From Parcubacteria bacterium C7867-004 (GTDB taxonomy: Bacteria; Patescibacteriota; Minisyncoccia; Phycocordibacterales; Phycocordibacteraceae), in NCBI GenBank assembly GCA_001189075.1, contig LFCN01000006.1, positions 81,605 through 145,604 of the forward strand: a stretch of 64,000 bases of DNA. Reading direction: 5' to 3'. Below the pieces are notes generated by a model that was given only the letters and a program-made list of their open reading frames with translations, did not search any database and was not told the origin of the DNA. Both the position numbers and the translations under genes were made by a program. Position 1 is the first letter of the stretch. Every line of letters begins with the position of its first letter. Below are positions 27,955-38,153 of this stretch, piece after piece.

Positions 27955-28695
27955 ATGCTCATCGTCGGAAACTGGAAGGCGTATGTGGAATCGAGCGCGA
28001 AGGCGAAAGCGCTCTATGCCGGAGCGAAGCGTCTTTCGGTAAAGGGTAAGCACGAGATAGTTATCGCCCCGAGCTACCCCTATATAGGTATGCTCGCGGG
28101 AGGGAAGGCCGGACCGAGCCTTGCGAGCCAGGATGTCTCGGTTACGACCGGTGGAGCCGCTACCGGCGAGGTTGCTGCCGGGGCGCTTAAGGAACTCGGA
28201 GTCGAGTATGTCATCGTCGGTCATTCTGAGCGGCGTGCGCAAGGTGAGACGGACGCTGATATCACCGAGAAAGCTCGGCATGCGCTTGCGCATGGCATGA
28301 CGCCCATCCTCTGTGTCGGCGAGACCGAGCGTGATTCCGAAGCGCAGTACCTCAAGGGAGTGCGCGCTCAGATAAGCGCCGTTATGGAAAAGCTCACGCC
28401 AAAGGAGCGGCTCACGATAGTAATCGCCTATGAACCGGTCTGGGCGATCGGGAAGACCGGCAGCGAGGCAATCACGCCTTCCGACCTGGGAGAGATGATT
28501 CTGTATATACGGAAAGTCCTCGCGGATTTCGTTCCGGGACGCGCGAACATGAAAGTCCCGGTTATCTACGGAGGGTCGGTCGACCCATTGAACATTCGCT
28601 CACTCGCTAGTGGAACCGGCGTCGAGGGATTCCTCGTCGGACGCGCATCGACCGATGTCGCGACCTTCTCCTCGCTCGTTAAGGCGCTTTCGTAA
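27955..28695 (+). CDS. tpiA: Triosephosphate isomerase
   Basis: GNWK, GHSERR, AYEPVWAIG and YGGSV. Confidence 0.95.
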   Translation: MLIVGNWKAYVESSAKAKALYAGAKRLSVKGKHEIVIAPSYPYIGMLAGGKAGPSLASQDVSVTTGGAATGEVAAGALKELGVEYVIVGHSERRAQGETDADITEKARHALAHGMTPILCVGETERDSEAQYLKGVRAQISAVMEKLTPKERLTIVIAYEPVWAIGKTGSEAITPSDLGEMILYIRKVLADFVPGRANMKVPVIYGGSVDPLNIRSLASGTGVEGFLVGRASTDVATFSSLVKALS

Positions 28696-28703
28696 TACTT
28701 GCG

Positions 28704-29408
28704 ATGAAGATGGCAGCGCTCGTACTGGTCCTCATACTCCTCGCGCTCATAGCGAAGTGGGCCATACCGTTCTATCAGACCGTACAGATCTCAAAGAAGC
28801 TCATCGAGGCTGCTGAGCCGTATCGTAATGAGGTAGGCGATTATCGCAAGCCGATGCTGGTGCTCGGTGACAGTACGGCAGTGGGCGTGGGCGCTGGTTC
28901 CCCGGAAGAATCGGTGCCGGCACTCGTGGCAGCCCAGATAGGTGCGACCAATGTCGAGAACTACGCGGTCTCGGGAGCGTTCGTGGGGAACCTTCCGGCA
29001 CAGATCGAGCAGGCACGCGCGCCGCACTACGCGCTCATCCTCATCCAGGTCGGCGCGAACAACATTGTCCGTTTCAGTAATGCGACCTCCACTGCGCAGA
29101 AGCTTGGAGCAATACTCGATACGCTTCCGAGCACGAGCAAGGTGGTTATCCTTACCGCAGGCGACGTTGGCGGGGCGACACTCTGGCCGGTGCCGCTACG
29201 CCCTATCTACACGAAGCTAACAATCGCGTACAACGAAGTCTTCGGGAAGACCGCGGCTGCTCGCGACATGATCTACGTAAACCTGTACGAAGATCCGTCG
29301 AGACAGATCATTACAAATGATCCTCAGACCTATCTGGCCGCTGACGGATTCCATCCATCTTCGGAAGGGTACCGGCTCTGGTTCGAAGCCATACGTCCTC
29401 ACCTCTAG
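28704..29408 (+). CDS. SGNH/GDSL hydrolase, membrane-anchored
   Basis: LGDST, AVSG, VGANN and DGFHPS blocks. Confidence 0.88.
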   Translation: MKMAALVLVLILLALIAKWAIPFYQTVQISKKLIEAAEPYRNEVGDYRKPMLVLGDSTAVGVGAGSPEESVPALVAAQIGATNVENYAVSGAFVGNLPAQIEQARAPHYALILIQVGANNIVRFSNATSTAQKLGAILDTLPSTSKVVILTAGDVGGATLWPVPLRPIYTKLTIAYNEVFGKTAAARDMIYVNLYEDPSRQIITNDPQTYLAADGFHPSSEGYRLWFEAIRPHL

Positions 29409-29433
29409 AAGCGCATTCGTTTATACTGAGGGA

Positions 29434-30567
29434 ATGCGAAGTGTGAAGAAAATAAAAGTGCTCGAGAATATACCGGTGCTGGTGCGTACCGCGCTTAATG
29501 TACCGGTAGCGAACGGGGAAGTAACCGGTGCATTCCGTCTGCGCCGTGCGCTCCCTACCATCGAGTATCTTCGGAAGAAGCATGCGCGTGTCATACTCAT
29601 CGGCCATATCGGGGAGAAGGGAACCGAGACGCTCGAACCCGTATATGAGGCGATGCGGGAGATGATACCCGGGCTCGCATTCTGTCCGGTGAGCACCGGA
29701 GCGCGTGCACGCGAGGCGATACGGCAGCTCGCGCCCGGAGGCGTACTGATGCTCGAGAACCTGCGGCGGGATAAGGGTGAAGTAGGAAATGATCCGAAGT
29801 TCGCGCGGGAACTTGCCGAGCTCGCGGATATCTTCGTGCAGGATTCCTTCGACGTCTGTCACCGCTCGCATGCTTCCGTCGTCGGGGTTCCATCGCTGCT
29901 CCCGTCCTATGCGGGGTTTCTCGTAGAAGAAGAGGTGAAGCAGCTTTCGAAAGCACTCAAACCGAAGAATCCGTCCCTCGCGATAATCGGCGGTGCAAAG
30001 TTCTCTACCAAAGAGCCGGTACTGAAACGATTGCTCGCGAGCTATAGCCGCGTGTATGTGGGTGGCGCGCTCGCCAATGATTTCATGCAGGTGTCGGGGA
30101 AGCCAGTAGGCAGCTCGCTCGTATCGGGCGCTGACCCCAAGGAGCTCAAGATGCTGCTCGGAGATCGGAAGCTCGCGCTGCCGCTCGATTATGTTGTTGC
30201 GCCACTTGGCGGGATGCGCGACGCGGGCCGACTCACACGCACCAACGACGTCAGGCCGAACGAGGCCATACTTGATAACGGACCGGATACGCTCGCGATG
30301 CTCGCCGAGCGAATGAAGAAAGCTAAGACGGTTCTCTGGAATGGGCCGCTCGGCAATTATGAGAACGGATTTACGGAAGGTACCGAAGCGCTTGCGCGCA
30401 TCATCGCGACTTCGAAAGCGCATTCGATCGTCGGAGGTGGCGATACGGTTGCGGCGATAGGGAAGCTTAAGCTCGACGCTAAATTCTCATTCATCTCGAC
30501 CGGCGGCGGCGCGATGCTCGACTTCCTCGCGAAAGGAACGCTTCCGGGACTCGATGCCCTTGATTAG
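29434..30567 (+). CDS. pgk: Phosphoglycerate kinase (divergent substrate site)
   Basis: LENLR, IGGAK, WNGPLG, GGGDT and STGGGA. Confidence 0.88.
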   Translation: MRSVKKIKVLENIPVLVRTALNVPVANGEVTGAFRLRRALPTIEYLRKKHARVILIGHIGEKGTETLEPVYEAMREMIPGLAFCPVSTGARAREAIRQLAPGGVLMLENLRRDKGEVGNDPKFARELAELADIFVQDSFDVCHRSHASVVGVPSLLPSYAGFLVEEEVKQLSKALKPKNPSLAIIGGAKFSTKEPVLKRLLASYSRVYVGGALANDFMQVSGKPVGSSLVSGADPKELKMLLGDRKLALPLDYVVAPLGGMRDAGRLTRTNDVRPNEAILDNGPDTLAMLAERMKKAKTVLWNGPLGNYENGFTEGTEALARIIATSKAHSIVGGGDTVAAIGKLKLDAKFSFISTGGGAMLDFLAKGTLPGLDALD

Positions 30568-30953
30568 AGGTTTGCGCGGACCCTTTCTCCAACAGACCTA
30601 AGCTCTTCAGGGGACGCCTGTGGCCCTGGACTCATATCGAACGGTAGCTGCTGGACCGGATACAGGCGTACGTGGACATGCGGGACCTCGAATCCTTCGA
30701 TGACGACACAGGTGCGGAGCGTTGAGAACGTCGCATCGAGGACCTTCGACAAGCGCTTAACGATAGCCATCAGATGAGCGTATGTCACGTCATCAAGATT
30801 GGCGAAATACGGGAGCTGTAGCTTCGAAATGACGAGCATCGCACCCTCAACGCTCGGGAACAGGTCGAGGATCGCTATAACGCTATCGTCCTCATAGATG
30901 ATCTCTGCGGGCAGCTCCCGCTTGATGATCTTTGTAAAAACGCTGTCTTCCAT
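30564..30953 (-). CDS. HIT family protein
   Basis: SVFTKII..ELPAEIIYED and EVPHVHVRL (third His replaced by Arg). Confidence 0.85.
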   Translation of the reverse strand: MEDSVFTKIIKRELPAEIIYEDDSVIAILDLFPSVEGAMLVISKLQLPYFANLDDVTYAHLMAIVKRLSKVLDATFSTLRTCVVIEGFEVPHVHVRLYPVQQLPFDMSPGPQASPEELRSVGERVRANL

Positions 30954-30999
30954 AAGGAAAGGATACCCCGTGAGCCCTTTTTGATACAATGCTCTGACG

Positions 31000-32736
31000 A
31001 TGTTCCCGCTCCACGAAAAGCTTGATGACCAGACCCGCGAAGCGCTTAGCGCATACGATGATTTCACTGCTGCACTCCTGGTCCGTCGCGGCATAACCAC
31101 CCAGAAGGAAGCGGAGGCGTTCCTCGCACCGTCATACGACGAGCATATCCATGACCCAATGCTCATGCTTGATATGTCGAAAGCCGCCAAACGGCTGGCC
31201 GCCGCCATCAGCTCGAAGGAGAAGATCGCTGTTTGGAGCGATTACGATTGCGACGGGATACCGGGCGGCGTCGTACTGCATGACTTCCTGAAGAAAGCCA
31301 ACGCTGATTTCACCAACTATATCCCGCATCGTCATAACGAAGGGTACGGCGTGAATATCCCGGGCATCGAGAAGTTAGCGAAAGAAGGCTATACCCTCGT
31401 GATTACCGTCGACTCCGGTATCACCGACTCCGAAGCGGTGGCGCGCGCGAACGAACTCGGTATGGAAGTAATCGTGACCGATCACCATCTTCCTTCGAAT
31501 GAAGGGCTTCCGCCTGCGTTTGCGATCCTGAACCCCAACGCGCGTCCGGAAGAGACGTATCCGTATCTCGGACTGTGCGGAGGTGGGGTCGCATGGAAAC
31601 TCGTCTGCGCGACGCTTGCGGTCGGTTTTGTCGGACGGGAGGAGATTCCTGCCGGCTGGGAGAAGTGGCTGCTTGATATGGCAGGTCTCTCGACTATCGC
31701 CGACATGGTTCCGCTTACTGGCGAGAATCGCGTTATTGCCGCATACGGTCTGAAGGTCATGCGGAAGTCGCCGCGACTGGGTTTCCAGAAGCTTTGCAAA
31801 GTAGCGAGAGTGAACCAAGCGAAGATAACGGAAGACGACGTCGGATTTATGATCGCGCCCCGCGTGAATGCGGCCTCAAGGATGGGGGATCCGCTTGATG
31901 CCTTCACGCTCTTCACGACTACCGATGAGTCGGAAGCCGACCTGCTCGCGAAGAAGCTCGAGTCGATCAATCGAAGTCGTAGGGCCTCGGGCGCCGCGAT
32001 AACACGCGCGGTGCATGACCGATTGTTCGACCGGAAGATGGCAGGCGAAGTCCCGTCCGTGATCGCGATGGGAGATCCTGACTGGCGTCCGGGACTGCTC
32101 GGTCTTGCGGCGAACAGCATCGCGGAGGAGTACGGGCGCCCGGTATTCCTCTGGGGAAAGGAAGGCAACGATACGATCAAAGGATCGTGCCGCGGAGGAC
32201 CGGGGAAAGTGCATGTCGTCGAGCTCATGCAAGCAGCAGGGAGTACCTTCCTCGAGTTCGGGGGACACGCTGCGTCCGGCGGATACTCGGTTGCGCCGGA
32301 CGCGGTGTTCGATTTCGAGGAGCGGCTCGTAGCTGCTCTCGCAACATTGCCCGCGCAGAAGGATATCGACGAAGTACGCGCAGACATGCACCTCACTCCG
32401 GAGGCAGCCACGGGAACCTTGCTCCGGAGTCTCGAGCAGTTCGCGCCCTTTGGCATGAAGAATACGAAACCATCGTTCGCGATGCATGACGTTCGCATCG
32501 AGCGCGTTGCGTGGTTCGGAAAATCGGAAGAGCATCTGCGCCTATCCATCGGTCGCGGCCATGAGGAATTTCCTGAGACGCCGATAGAAGCAATCGCCTT
32601 CTTCGCGAAACGCGAGCTCGGACGCGCGTGCGAGGGTCTTGAGGCTGGCATGCGTCGGAGCATACTCGCGCACCTTGAGCGCGATACCTTCTCGAAAGGG
32701 CAGCCGATTCGTCTTCGCCTGATTTCCATTCGATAA
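31000..32736 (+). CDS. recJ: Single-stranded-DNA-specific exonuclease RecJ
   Basis: DYDCDG, TVDSG, TDHH, PRVNAASR and GGHAASGG. Confidence 0.93.
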   Translation: MFPLHEKLDDQTREALSAYDDFTAALLVRRGITTQKEAEAFLAPSYDEHIHDPMLMLDMSKAAKRLAAAISSKEKIAVWSDYDCDGIPGGVVLHDFLKKANADFTNYIPHRHNEGYGVNIPGIEKLAKEGYTLVITVDSGITDSEAVARANELGMEVIVTDHHLPSNEGLPPAFAILNPNARPEETYPYLGLCGGGVAWKLVCATLAVGFVGREEIPAGWEKWLLDMAGLSTIADMVPLTGENRVIAAYGLKVMRKSPRLGFQKLCKVARVNQAKITEDDVGFMIAPRVNAASRMGDPLDAFTLFTTTDESEADLLAKKLESINRSRRASGAAITRAVHDRLFDRKMAGEVPSVIAMGDPDWRPGLLGLAANSIAEEYGRPVFLWGKEGNDTIKGSCRGGPGKVHVVELMQAAGSTFLEFGGHAASGGYSVAPDAVFDFEERLVAALATLPAQKDIDEVRADMHLTPEAATGTLLRSLEQFAPFGMKNTKPSFAMHDVRIERVAWFGKSEEHLRLSIGRGHEEFPETPIEAIAFFAKRELGRACEGLEAGMRRSILAHLERDTFSKGQPIRLRLISIR

Positions 32737-32752
32737 CGGTATACTCTTCGAT

Positions 32753-33169
32753 ATGCGTTTCACTATCTATGGCGACGGCGGCTCGCGCGGGAATCCGGGA
32801 CCGGCGGGTTCCGGGGCCATCGTTCGTGACGAGAGCGGAGAGACCGTGCTCACGGTATCCGAGTTCCTCGGCGTCGCAACGAATAATGTCGCTGAGTACA
32901 CCGCGATCCTTCGTGCGCTTGAACGTCTGTCGGATCATCTCGGCAAGAATGCGAAGGAGGCTGACATCAGGGTGTGCATGGATAGCATGCTCGTGGTGAA
33001 GCAGATGCGGAGCGAATGGAAGCTAAAGCACCCGGGACTGAAGCCGCTCGCGGCCCGTGTTGGCGAACTGGTCACCCATTTCAATACCGTTTCATTCGAG
33101 CATGTGTATCGAGATTTCAATAAGGATGCGGATCGGTTGGCGAACGAAGCGATGGATCGCGGTGCTTGA
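32753..33169 (+). CDS. rnhA: Ribonuclease HI family protein
   Basis: DGGSRGNPGPAG, TNNVAEY, DS.LVVKQ and N..ADRLAN. Confidence 0.9.
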   Translation: MRFTIYGDGGSRGNPGPAGSGAIVRDESGETVLTVSEFLGVATNNVAEYTAILRALERLSDHLGKNAKEADIRVCMDSMLVVKQMRSEWKLKHPGLKPLAARVGELVTHFNTVSFEHVYRDFNKDADRLANEAMDRGA

Positions 33170-33253
33170 TTCGTTTGACGTTCCACGAGGATAGGAATAG
33201 GCTTCCCGATACGCCCGAGGATACGGGCATGTTCCAGTAACGGGAGAGATTCA

Positions 33254-33658
33254 GTGGTGCAACTTACGGAGAGCGACCTTAGGGCTCGCATCGAGGAAGT
33301 CCTTCTTACGCCAGAATATCGCCGGCTGATCGAAGGTTCACTCGCGGTCCATTTCAGCATGGTCAGCATGGCCAACGGTCCTGAGATGGGATGCGAAGAT
33401 GCGGTACACCTTGCGCGGAGTCAGGCCGAGCGCATCGCCCAGCTTTCTCTCGCAGATCTCTGTTTCGGTTCGTTCGAGATGGCGGATGCGGGTCCGCAAA
33501 TCTATCTCTGCCTTCCGGGCGACCCGAAACAAGGGGTCGAGGACATGGTGCTGCTCGCGGGGGTCTTTGCAAGGAGCGACGAGGTCTATCTTCGGACGCC
33601 GGTCGGGAAACCAAGTGCGAGGGGTCACGCGTGGCGGCAGATTGAGTCGCTCCTGTAG
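33254..33658 (+). CDS. Hypothetical protein (orphan cassette)
   Basis: Promoter TTGACG-17-TAGGCT (33175-33203), SD GGGAG and downstream terminator GAGCGGC-AATTA-GTCGCTCGTTTTCTTTT. Confidence 0.65.
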   Translation: MVQLTESDLRARIEEVLLTPEYRRLIEGSLAVHFSMVSMANGPEMGCEDAVHLARSQAERIAQLSLADLCFGSFEMADAGPQIYLCLPGDPKQGVEDMVLLAGVFARSDEVYLRTPVGKPSARGHAWRQIESLL

Positions 33659-33772
33659 AAAGTCCTGTACGAGCGGCAATTAGTCGCTCGTTTTCTTTTC
33701 CCGTGCGGACACTTCATATAGTTTTTATCTTTGTTTCAGGGTTCTCTTATCTTTTGAGCGTATCGTTTCCGG

Positions 33773-35224
33773 ATGCCGGGAAACGTCTTTTTGGTGCTTG
33801 CCGGATTCTGCCTAGGAATTACGTCGTATTCTTTGGTCCCTTTCGCAACGCAGATTATAGGGATATCGGCGTTTGCTTTTTCATTATCTTTTTTCGGTTG
33901 GTTTCTCTGTAAACGGCGGACGTATCTGATTTGTGGAATCTTCCTGCTGTCGTTCGTAATTGGCGCGTTGCGCGTGGCACTCGTTTCACAGACCATGCCG
34001 GAACCCTTTCTTCCGCTTCTGGGACAGAAGTTTGATCTCGAAGGGCTGGTGGTCGCTGATCCTGACATCCGAGAGACAACTCAGCGGGTAACCGTGGAGA
34101 TTGAAAGAGAAGGAAAGAAGACGAAAGTTCTTGCGGTTGCTCCAACCTATCCCGAAGTCGAGTACGGGGAGCGAGTACGGGTTCAGGGAATGCTCGTTGA
34201 GCCGGAGCCGTTCGAGACGAATGCCGGCCGTACCTTCAAGTACGACCGGTTCCTACTTAAGGATGGGATCTACGCGATTGTTGAGAAAGCATCTCTCGAG
34301 ACTGTAACTCCGAGGCAAGGTATCCCCAGTACGGTCATGGGTCTACTCCTCGATGGCAAACATGCGTTCCTTGAGGCCATTGCGCGAGCACTCCCCGAGC
34401 CGTCTGCGTCGCTTGCTAGCGGATTGGTGGCGGGAGGAAAACAGGGGCTAGGAAAAGAATTGCTGAATGCATTCATCGTCTCGGGTCTCGTACATATCGT
34501 TGTCTTATCCGGGTATAACGTGATGATCATCGCTGAGTTTGTACTCAAAAGTCTGTCGTCGCTTTCTCGTCGCGTTGCAGCGAGCGTTGCCGGGATCATG
34601 ATCGGCGGATTCGTACTTGCCGCGGGAGCAGGAAGCGCGAGTATCCGCGCCGGACTTATGGCAGGACTCGCGCTCACTGCTCGTGCCACGGGAAGGACCT
34701 ATGACGTCATCCGTGCTCTGTTCGTCGTGGGAGCGCTCATGTTGCTCATGAATCCACTGCTACTGGTCTATGATCCCGGATTCCAACTCTCGTTCCTCGC
34801 CACGCTCGGTCTCATACTCGGTTCACCGCGCATCGAGCGCATGCTCACGTTTGTGCGCAACGAATTCTTTCGTGATCTGATTGCGGCTACGCTTGCCGCG
34901 CAGATCGCAGTACTTCCGCTCCTTCTGTATCAGACGGGACTCTTCTCGGTTGTGTCGCTTCCGACGAATATTATCGTGCTCCCGTTCGTACCGCTTGCGA
35001 TGGCACTCTCCGCATTCGCGGGATGCGTCGGATTGGTTGCGCCGGTGCTTGCACCGATTGCGGGACTTCCTGCATACGGAGTACTCTCGTCGATCATTGC
35101 GATAGCAGAATGGATGGCATCGCTTCCACTCGCATCGGTTAGCATTCCAGAATTTCCATTTGTAATCGTTCCGGTGGCGTACGCCGGCATGGTTCTCCTT
35201 ATCTATAAAACAAAAAAAGCATGA
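33773..35224 (+). CDS. comEC: ComEC/Rec2 competence membrane channel (OB and competence domains)
   Basis: SGLVHIVVLSGYNV, RAGLMA, NP...DPGFQLSFLA; many TM segments. Confidence 0.92.
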   Translation: MPGNVFLVLAGFCLGITSYSLVPFATQIIGISAFAFSLSFFGWFLCKRRTYLICGIFLLSFVIGALRVALVSQTMPEPFLPLLGQKFDLEGLVVADPDIRETTQRVTVEIEREGKKTKVLAVAPTYPEVEYGERVRVQGMLVEPEPFETNAGRTFKYDRFLLKDGIYAIVEKASLETVTPRQGIPSTVMGLLLDGKHAFLEAIARALPEPSASLASGLVAGGKQGLGKELLNAFIVSGLVHIVVLSGYNVMIIAEFVLKSLSSLSRRVAASVAGIMIGGFVLAAGAGSASIRAGLMAGLALTARATGRTYDVIRALFVVGALMLLMNPLLLVYDPGFQLSFLATLGLILGSPRIERMLTFVRNEFFRDLIAATLAAQIAVLPLLLYQTGLFSVVSLPTNIIVLPFVPLAMALSAFAGCVGLVAPVLAPIAGLPAYGVLSSIIAIAEWMASLPLASVSIPEFPFVIVPVAYAGMVLLIYKTKKA

Positions 35225-35265
35225 CGAGCGCCATGCTTCTTTTGACTCTCGATGATCGAACTTCG

Positions 35266-35856
35266 TTAGACGCTCGTCATGCGCTTGTCGACCGTAGCCC
35301 AGTTCACATTCTCGAGGAATGCCTCGACATAGTTCTTCTTCTCGGCAGGAACATAGTCGACCATGTACGCGTGTTCCCAGAGATCAACCGCAAGGATGAT
35401 AGGGAGGCCCGCAAGTTGTCCAAGCTCGTGATCATTCACGAATGCGGTGTGGAGGGTCGAGGCTTTCGCATCGAAATACACGATGACCCATCCGATGCCG
35501 CGGGTACCGGCAACTTCCTTGATGTGCGCGATAAACCCGTCCCAGCTTCCGTACTTCTCGGTGGCTACTTTCCGGAGACTGCCCTCGGCATCGGCAACGC
35601 TCGCACCGCCCTCGAACTGTTCGAAGTAGTACTCGTGCATGCGCATACCGTCGAACTCGAATCCGAGGCGTCGGCGCAGCTCGTTCATAACGAACGCATT
35701 AGCTTCCGCGTCCTCTTCGCGGAGTTTCTGTATCTTCTCGAGGATAAGGTTCACGTGCTTTACGTACCCCTCGTAGAGGGCGAGGTGCACGTCGATCTGC
35801 TTCTTCGAGAGCCCCTTGAGCTCCGGAAGATCGAATGTTCGGGTTGCGTAGGTCAT
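35266..35856 (-). CDS. sod: Fe/Mn superoxide dismutase family
   Basis: Metal ligands DVHL, MHEYYF and DLWEHAY; RGIGW. Confidence 0.88.
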   Translation of the reverse strand: MTYATRTFDLPELKGLSKKQIDVHLALYEGYVKHVNLILEKIQKLREEDAEANAFVMNELRRRLGFEFDGMRMHEYYFEQFEGGASVADAEGSLRKVATEKYGSWDGFIAHIKEVAGTRGIGWVIVYFDAKASTLHTAFVNDHELGQLAGLPIILAVDLWEHAYMVDYVPAEKKNYVEAFLENVNWATVDKRMTSV

Positions 35857-35927
35857 ATGCGGAATACTACCATTTTGCGTTATTTAGATGGGATGAAGAC
35901 CAGAGCGCAGTGCTATGGTACCCGTAT

Positions 35928-36791
35928 ATGAGCAGTCCCCGCCGATTCGCCTGGCTCCTCGTTCTCGGATTCCTTGTGGCAGCGAACGCCGGGATTGCAT
36001 ACGCACTCTTCGTTCCGGGGCCGAGCGTTCTCACGGTTGCGTTCCTTGATGTGGGGCAAGGAGACTCGATATTCGTTCGAAGTCCCGATGGCGTCGAGAT
36101 GCTTATCGACGGAGGCCGCGACCGTTCCGTGCTCAGAGAGCTTCCGCGCTTCATGGGTCCGTTTGATAGGAGCATCGATCTGGTCATTGAGACGCATCCT
36201 GATGCCGACCATATAGGCGGGCTGCCTGGGGTACTCGCATCCTATACCGTCTCCTATTTCCTTGAGCCGGGGAAGTCGAGTGACTCGAGCATGTACGCGC
36301 AGCTAGAGTCGAGCGAAGAAAAGGAAAAGGGCATGCAGGAGCTTCTCGCACAAAAAGGCATGCGTATTCACCTGGGTAGCGAAGTGTACGCCGATATCCT
36401 CCACCCAGGAGACAATGTAGAGCAATTGCGCGAGACTAACGATGCGTCGGTGGTTATGCGCCTAGTCTACGGAGACACGGAATTCCTGCTGTCGGGAGAC
36501 GCAGCCGGATGGATTGAGAAGCGCTTGGTAGAGGAGTACGGCAGTTCGCTCCAGAGCGATGTGCTCAAGGCAGGACACCATGGATCTAAGAACTCGTCTG
36601 AGGAAGTGTGGCTCGCTGCAGTTAATCCCGATACGGTTGTTATATCGGCAGGGAAAGGGAATTCGTATGGGCATCCTCATGCAGAAACGCTTGAGCGTAT
36701 CAGGAACGAAGGCGCGTCGATCGTCTCAACTATCGAGAGTGGAACGATAACATTCACATCTGACGGAACGACTATCACACGTAAGAATTGA
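35928..36791 (+). CDS. ComEC-type metallo-beta-lactamase-fold nuclease (separate gene)
   Basis: FLDVGQGDS, THPDADHIGG, NDASVV, KAGHHGS and N.YGHP. Confidence 0.9.
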   Translation: MSSPRRFAWLLVLGFLVAANAGIAYALFVPGPSVLTVAFLDVGQGDSIFVRSPDGVEMLIDGGRDRSVLRELPRFMGPFDRSIDLVIETHPDADHIGGLPGVLASYTVSYFLEPGKSSDSSMYAQLESSEEKEKGMQELLAQKGMRIHLGSEVYADILHPGDNVEQLRETNDASVVMRLVYGDTEFLLSGDAAGWIEKRLVEEYGSSLQSDVLKAGHHGSKNSSEEVWLAAVNPDTVVISAGKGNSYGHPHAETLERIRNEGASIVSTIESGTITFTSDGTTITRKN

Positions 36792-36850
36792 CTTACGATA
36801 GCTGCTGACGTTAACTCATCTCGGGAGTTCGAAACGAGGAGGTTCCGTCC

Positions 36851-37168
36851 ATGATTATTGCCGTTACGGCGATCGCCGAATCGGGAACTGACCATCGCAG
36901 GCATCGGGGGCAGGTGAGGGGTGTGGGAGTAGCCGCCCGTGCGGGAGGCTACAAGCTTGAATACGAGCACGTCAGGAAAGGGAATCGGACACACAGGTTC
37001 GAAGCCCCATCTGACGAAGAAGCAATCGATAAAGCGGCAAGCTTTCTCGGGATCAAGCTCGATCGCTCCGCTCCGCTCTTCAAGGTCACGTTCCTTAGTC
37101 GCGGAGGAAGGAAAGTGATCCGTCTGTCTGATGAGCGGGTCGTATTCTCCGTATCGGTCGGTCACTGA
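36851..37168 (+). CDS. Hypothetical protein (orphan cassette)
   Basis: SD GAGGAGGT at 36836-36843; candidate promoter TTGACT-17-TTAACT. Confidence 0.65.
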   Translation: MIIAVTAIAESGTDHRRHRGQVRGVGVAARAGGYKLEYEHVRKGNRTHRFEAPSDEEAIDKAASFLGIKLDRSAPLFKVTFLSRGGRKVIRLSDERVVFSVSVGH

Positions 37169-37234
37169 AGTGACGTCGCACCCAAAAGCAAAGCGCCCCG
37201 AGTGATCGAGGCGCTTTTTCCTTTGCTGAATCGG

Positions 37235-37477
37235 CTAGATGACTCCCGCTTTCTTGAGGGTGGCGTGCGCGCCGTTCTTCTTGATGTGGCGCATACCCTT
37301 AACGCTGATGTCGACGAGTACGGACTTGCCGAGCTCCGGAACGAAGATGTTCCGCTTCTGGAGGTTTGCCTTGCGGCGGACCTTACCGGTTGGGTTGAAC
37401 TGGGTCGCACGGGTACGGTTTGAGTACCGCCCGCCGATCTGGGTCGTCTTTCCGGTTACTGCGCAGCTTCGTGCCAT
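37235..37477 (-). CDS. rpmB: 50S ribosomal protein L28
   Basis: MARSCAVTGK...RRKANLQK..ISVKGMR. Confidence 0.93.
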   Translation of the reverse strand: MARSCAVTGKTTQIGGRYSNRTRATQFNPTGKVRRKANLQKRNIFVPELGKSVLVDISVKGMRHIKKNGAHATLKKAGVI

Positions 37478-37523
37478 AGTTCCCGTATGCTAGCATACGC
37501 ATACGATATTCCGCAACTAAGCC

Positions 37524-38150
37524 ATGGAAACCGCTATTTTTACCGTTATCGTGCTCATTGTCTCGGTTATTCTCCATGAGGTGGCCCATGGCTACGCGGC
37601 CAATGCGCTTGGGGATCCTACGGCTAAGCTTGAGGGTCGCTTGAGCCTCAATCCGGTGCGCCATGTAGACCCAATAGGATCGGTACTCCTTCCGGCGATA
37701 CTCGTTCTCTCGCAGTCCTCGTTTCTGTTCGGATGGGCAAAGCCGGTTCCGTATAATCCTTACAATTTACGGAATCAGCGGTGGGGCGAGGCCATCGTCG
37801 GTATCGCGGGAGTTGCGACTAACCTGTTTCTCGCTGTTCTCTTTGCGCTCGTTGCGCGCGCTACCCTGGCAGCCGGAATGTTTGAATTCGCGCAGCTCGC
37901 ATCGCTCGTGGTGCTGGTTAATCTTTCGCTCGGTCTCTTCAATCTGCTCCCGATTCCGCCACTCGATGGATTTACGGTATTGCGGGGCATCCTTCCCTAC
38001 AAAATGTCGATGGGTTTCCGCGAGCTTGAAGACCGGATACAGCAAGGAGGCATCCTCTCTCTTATCATCATCCTGTTCCTGTTTTCGTACTTCCTTTCAA
38101 AACCTTTTGGAGCCTTGATCCTGTACGTCTTCAATGTGTTAGTCGGATAG
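37524..38150 (+). CDS. Site-2 protease (M50) family
   Basis: HEVAH, GWAKPVP and FNLLPIPPLDG. Confidence 0.92.
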   Translation: METAIFTVIVLIVSVILHEVAHGYAANALGDPTAKLEGRLSLNPVRHVDPIGSVLLPAILVLSQSSFLFGWAKPVPYNPYNLRNQRWGEAIVGIAGVATNLFLAVLFALVARATLAAGMFEFAQLASLVVLVNLSLGLFNLLPIPPLDGFTVLRGILPYKMSMGFRELEDRIQQGGILSLIIILFLFSYFLSKPFGALILYVFNVLVG

Positions 38151-38153
38151 CGC

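Noticed and set aside
15720-32729. Other long shadow ORFs (16329-17510, 21387-22088, 29311-30423, 31482-32729)
   Set aside because: They lie antisense to well-supported genes (rny/clpP, pilB, pgk, recJ) and have no recognisable domains.
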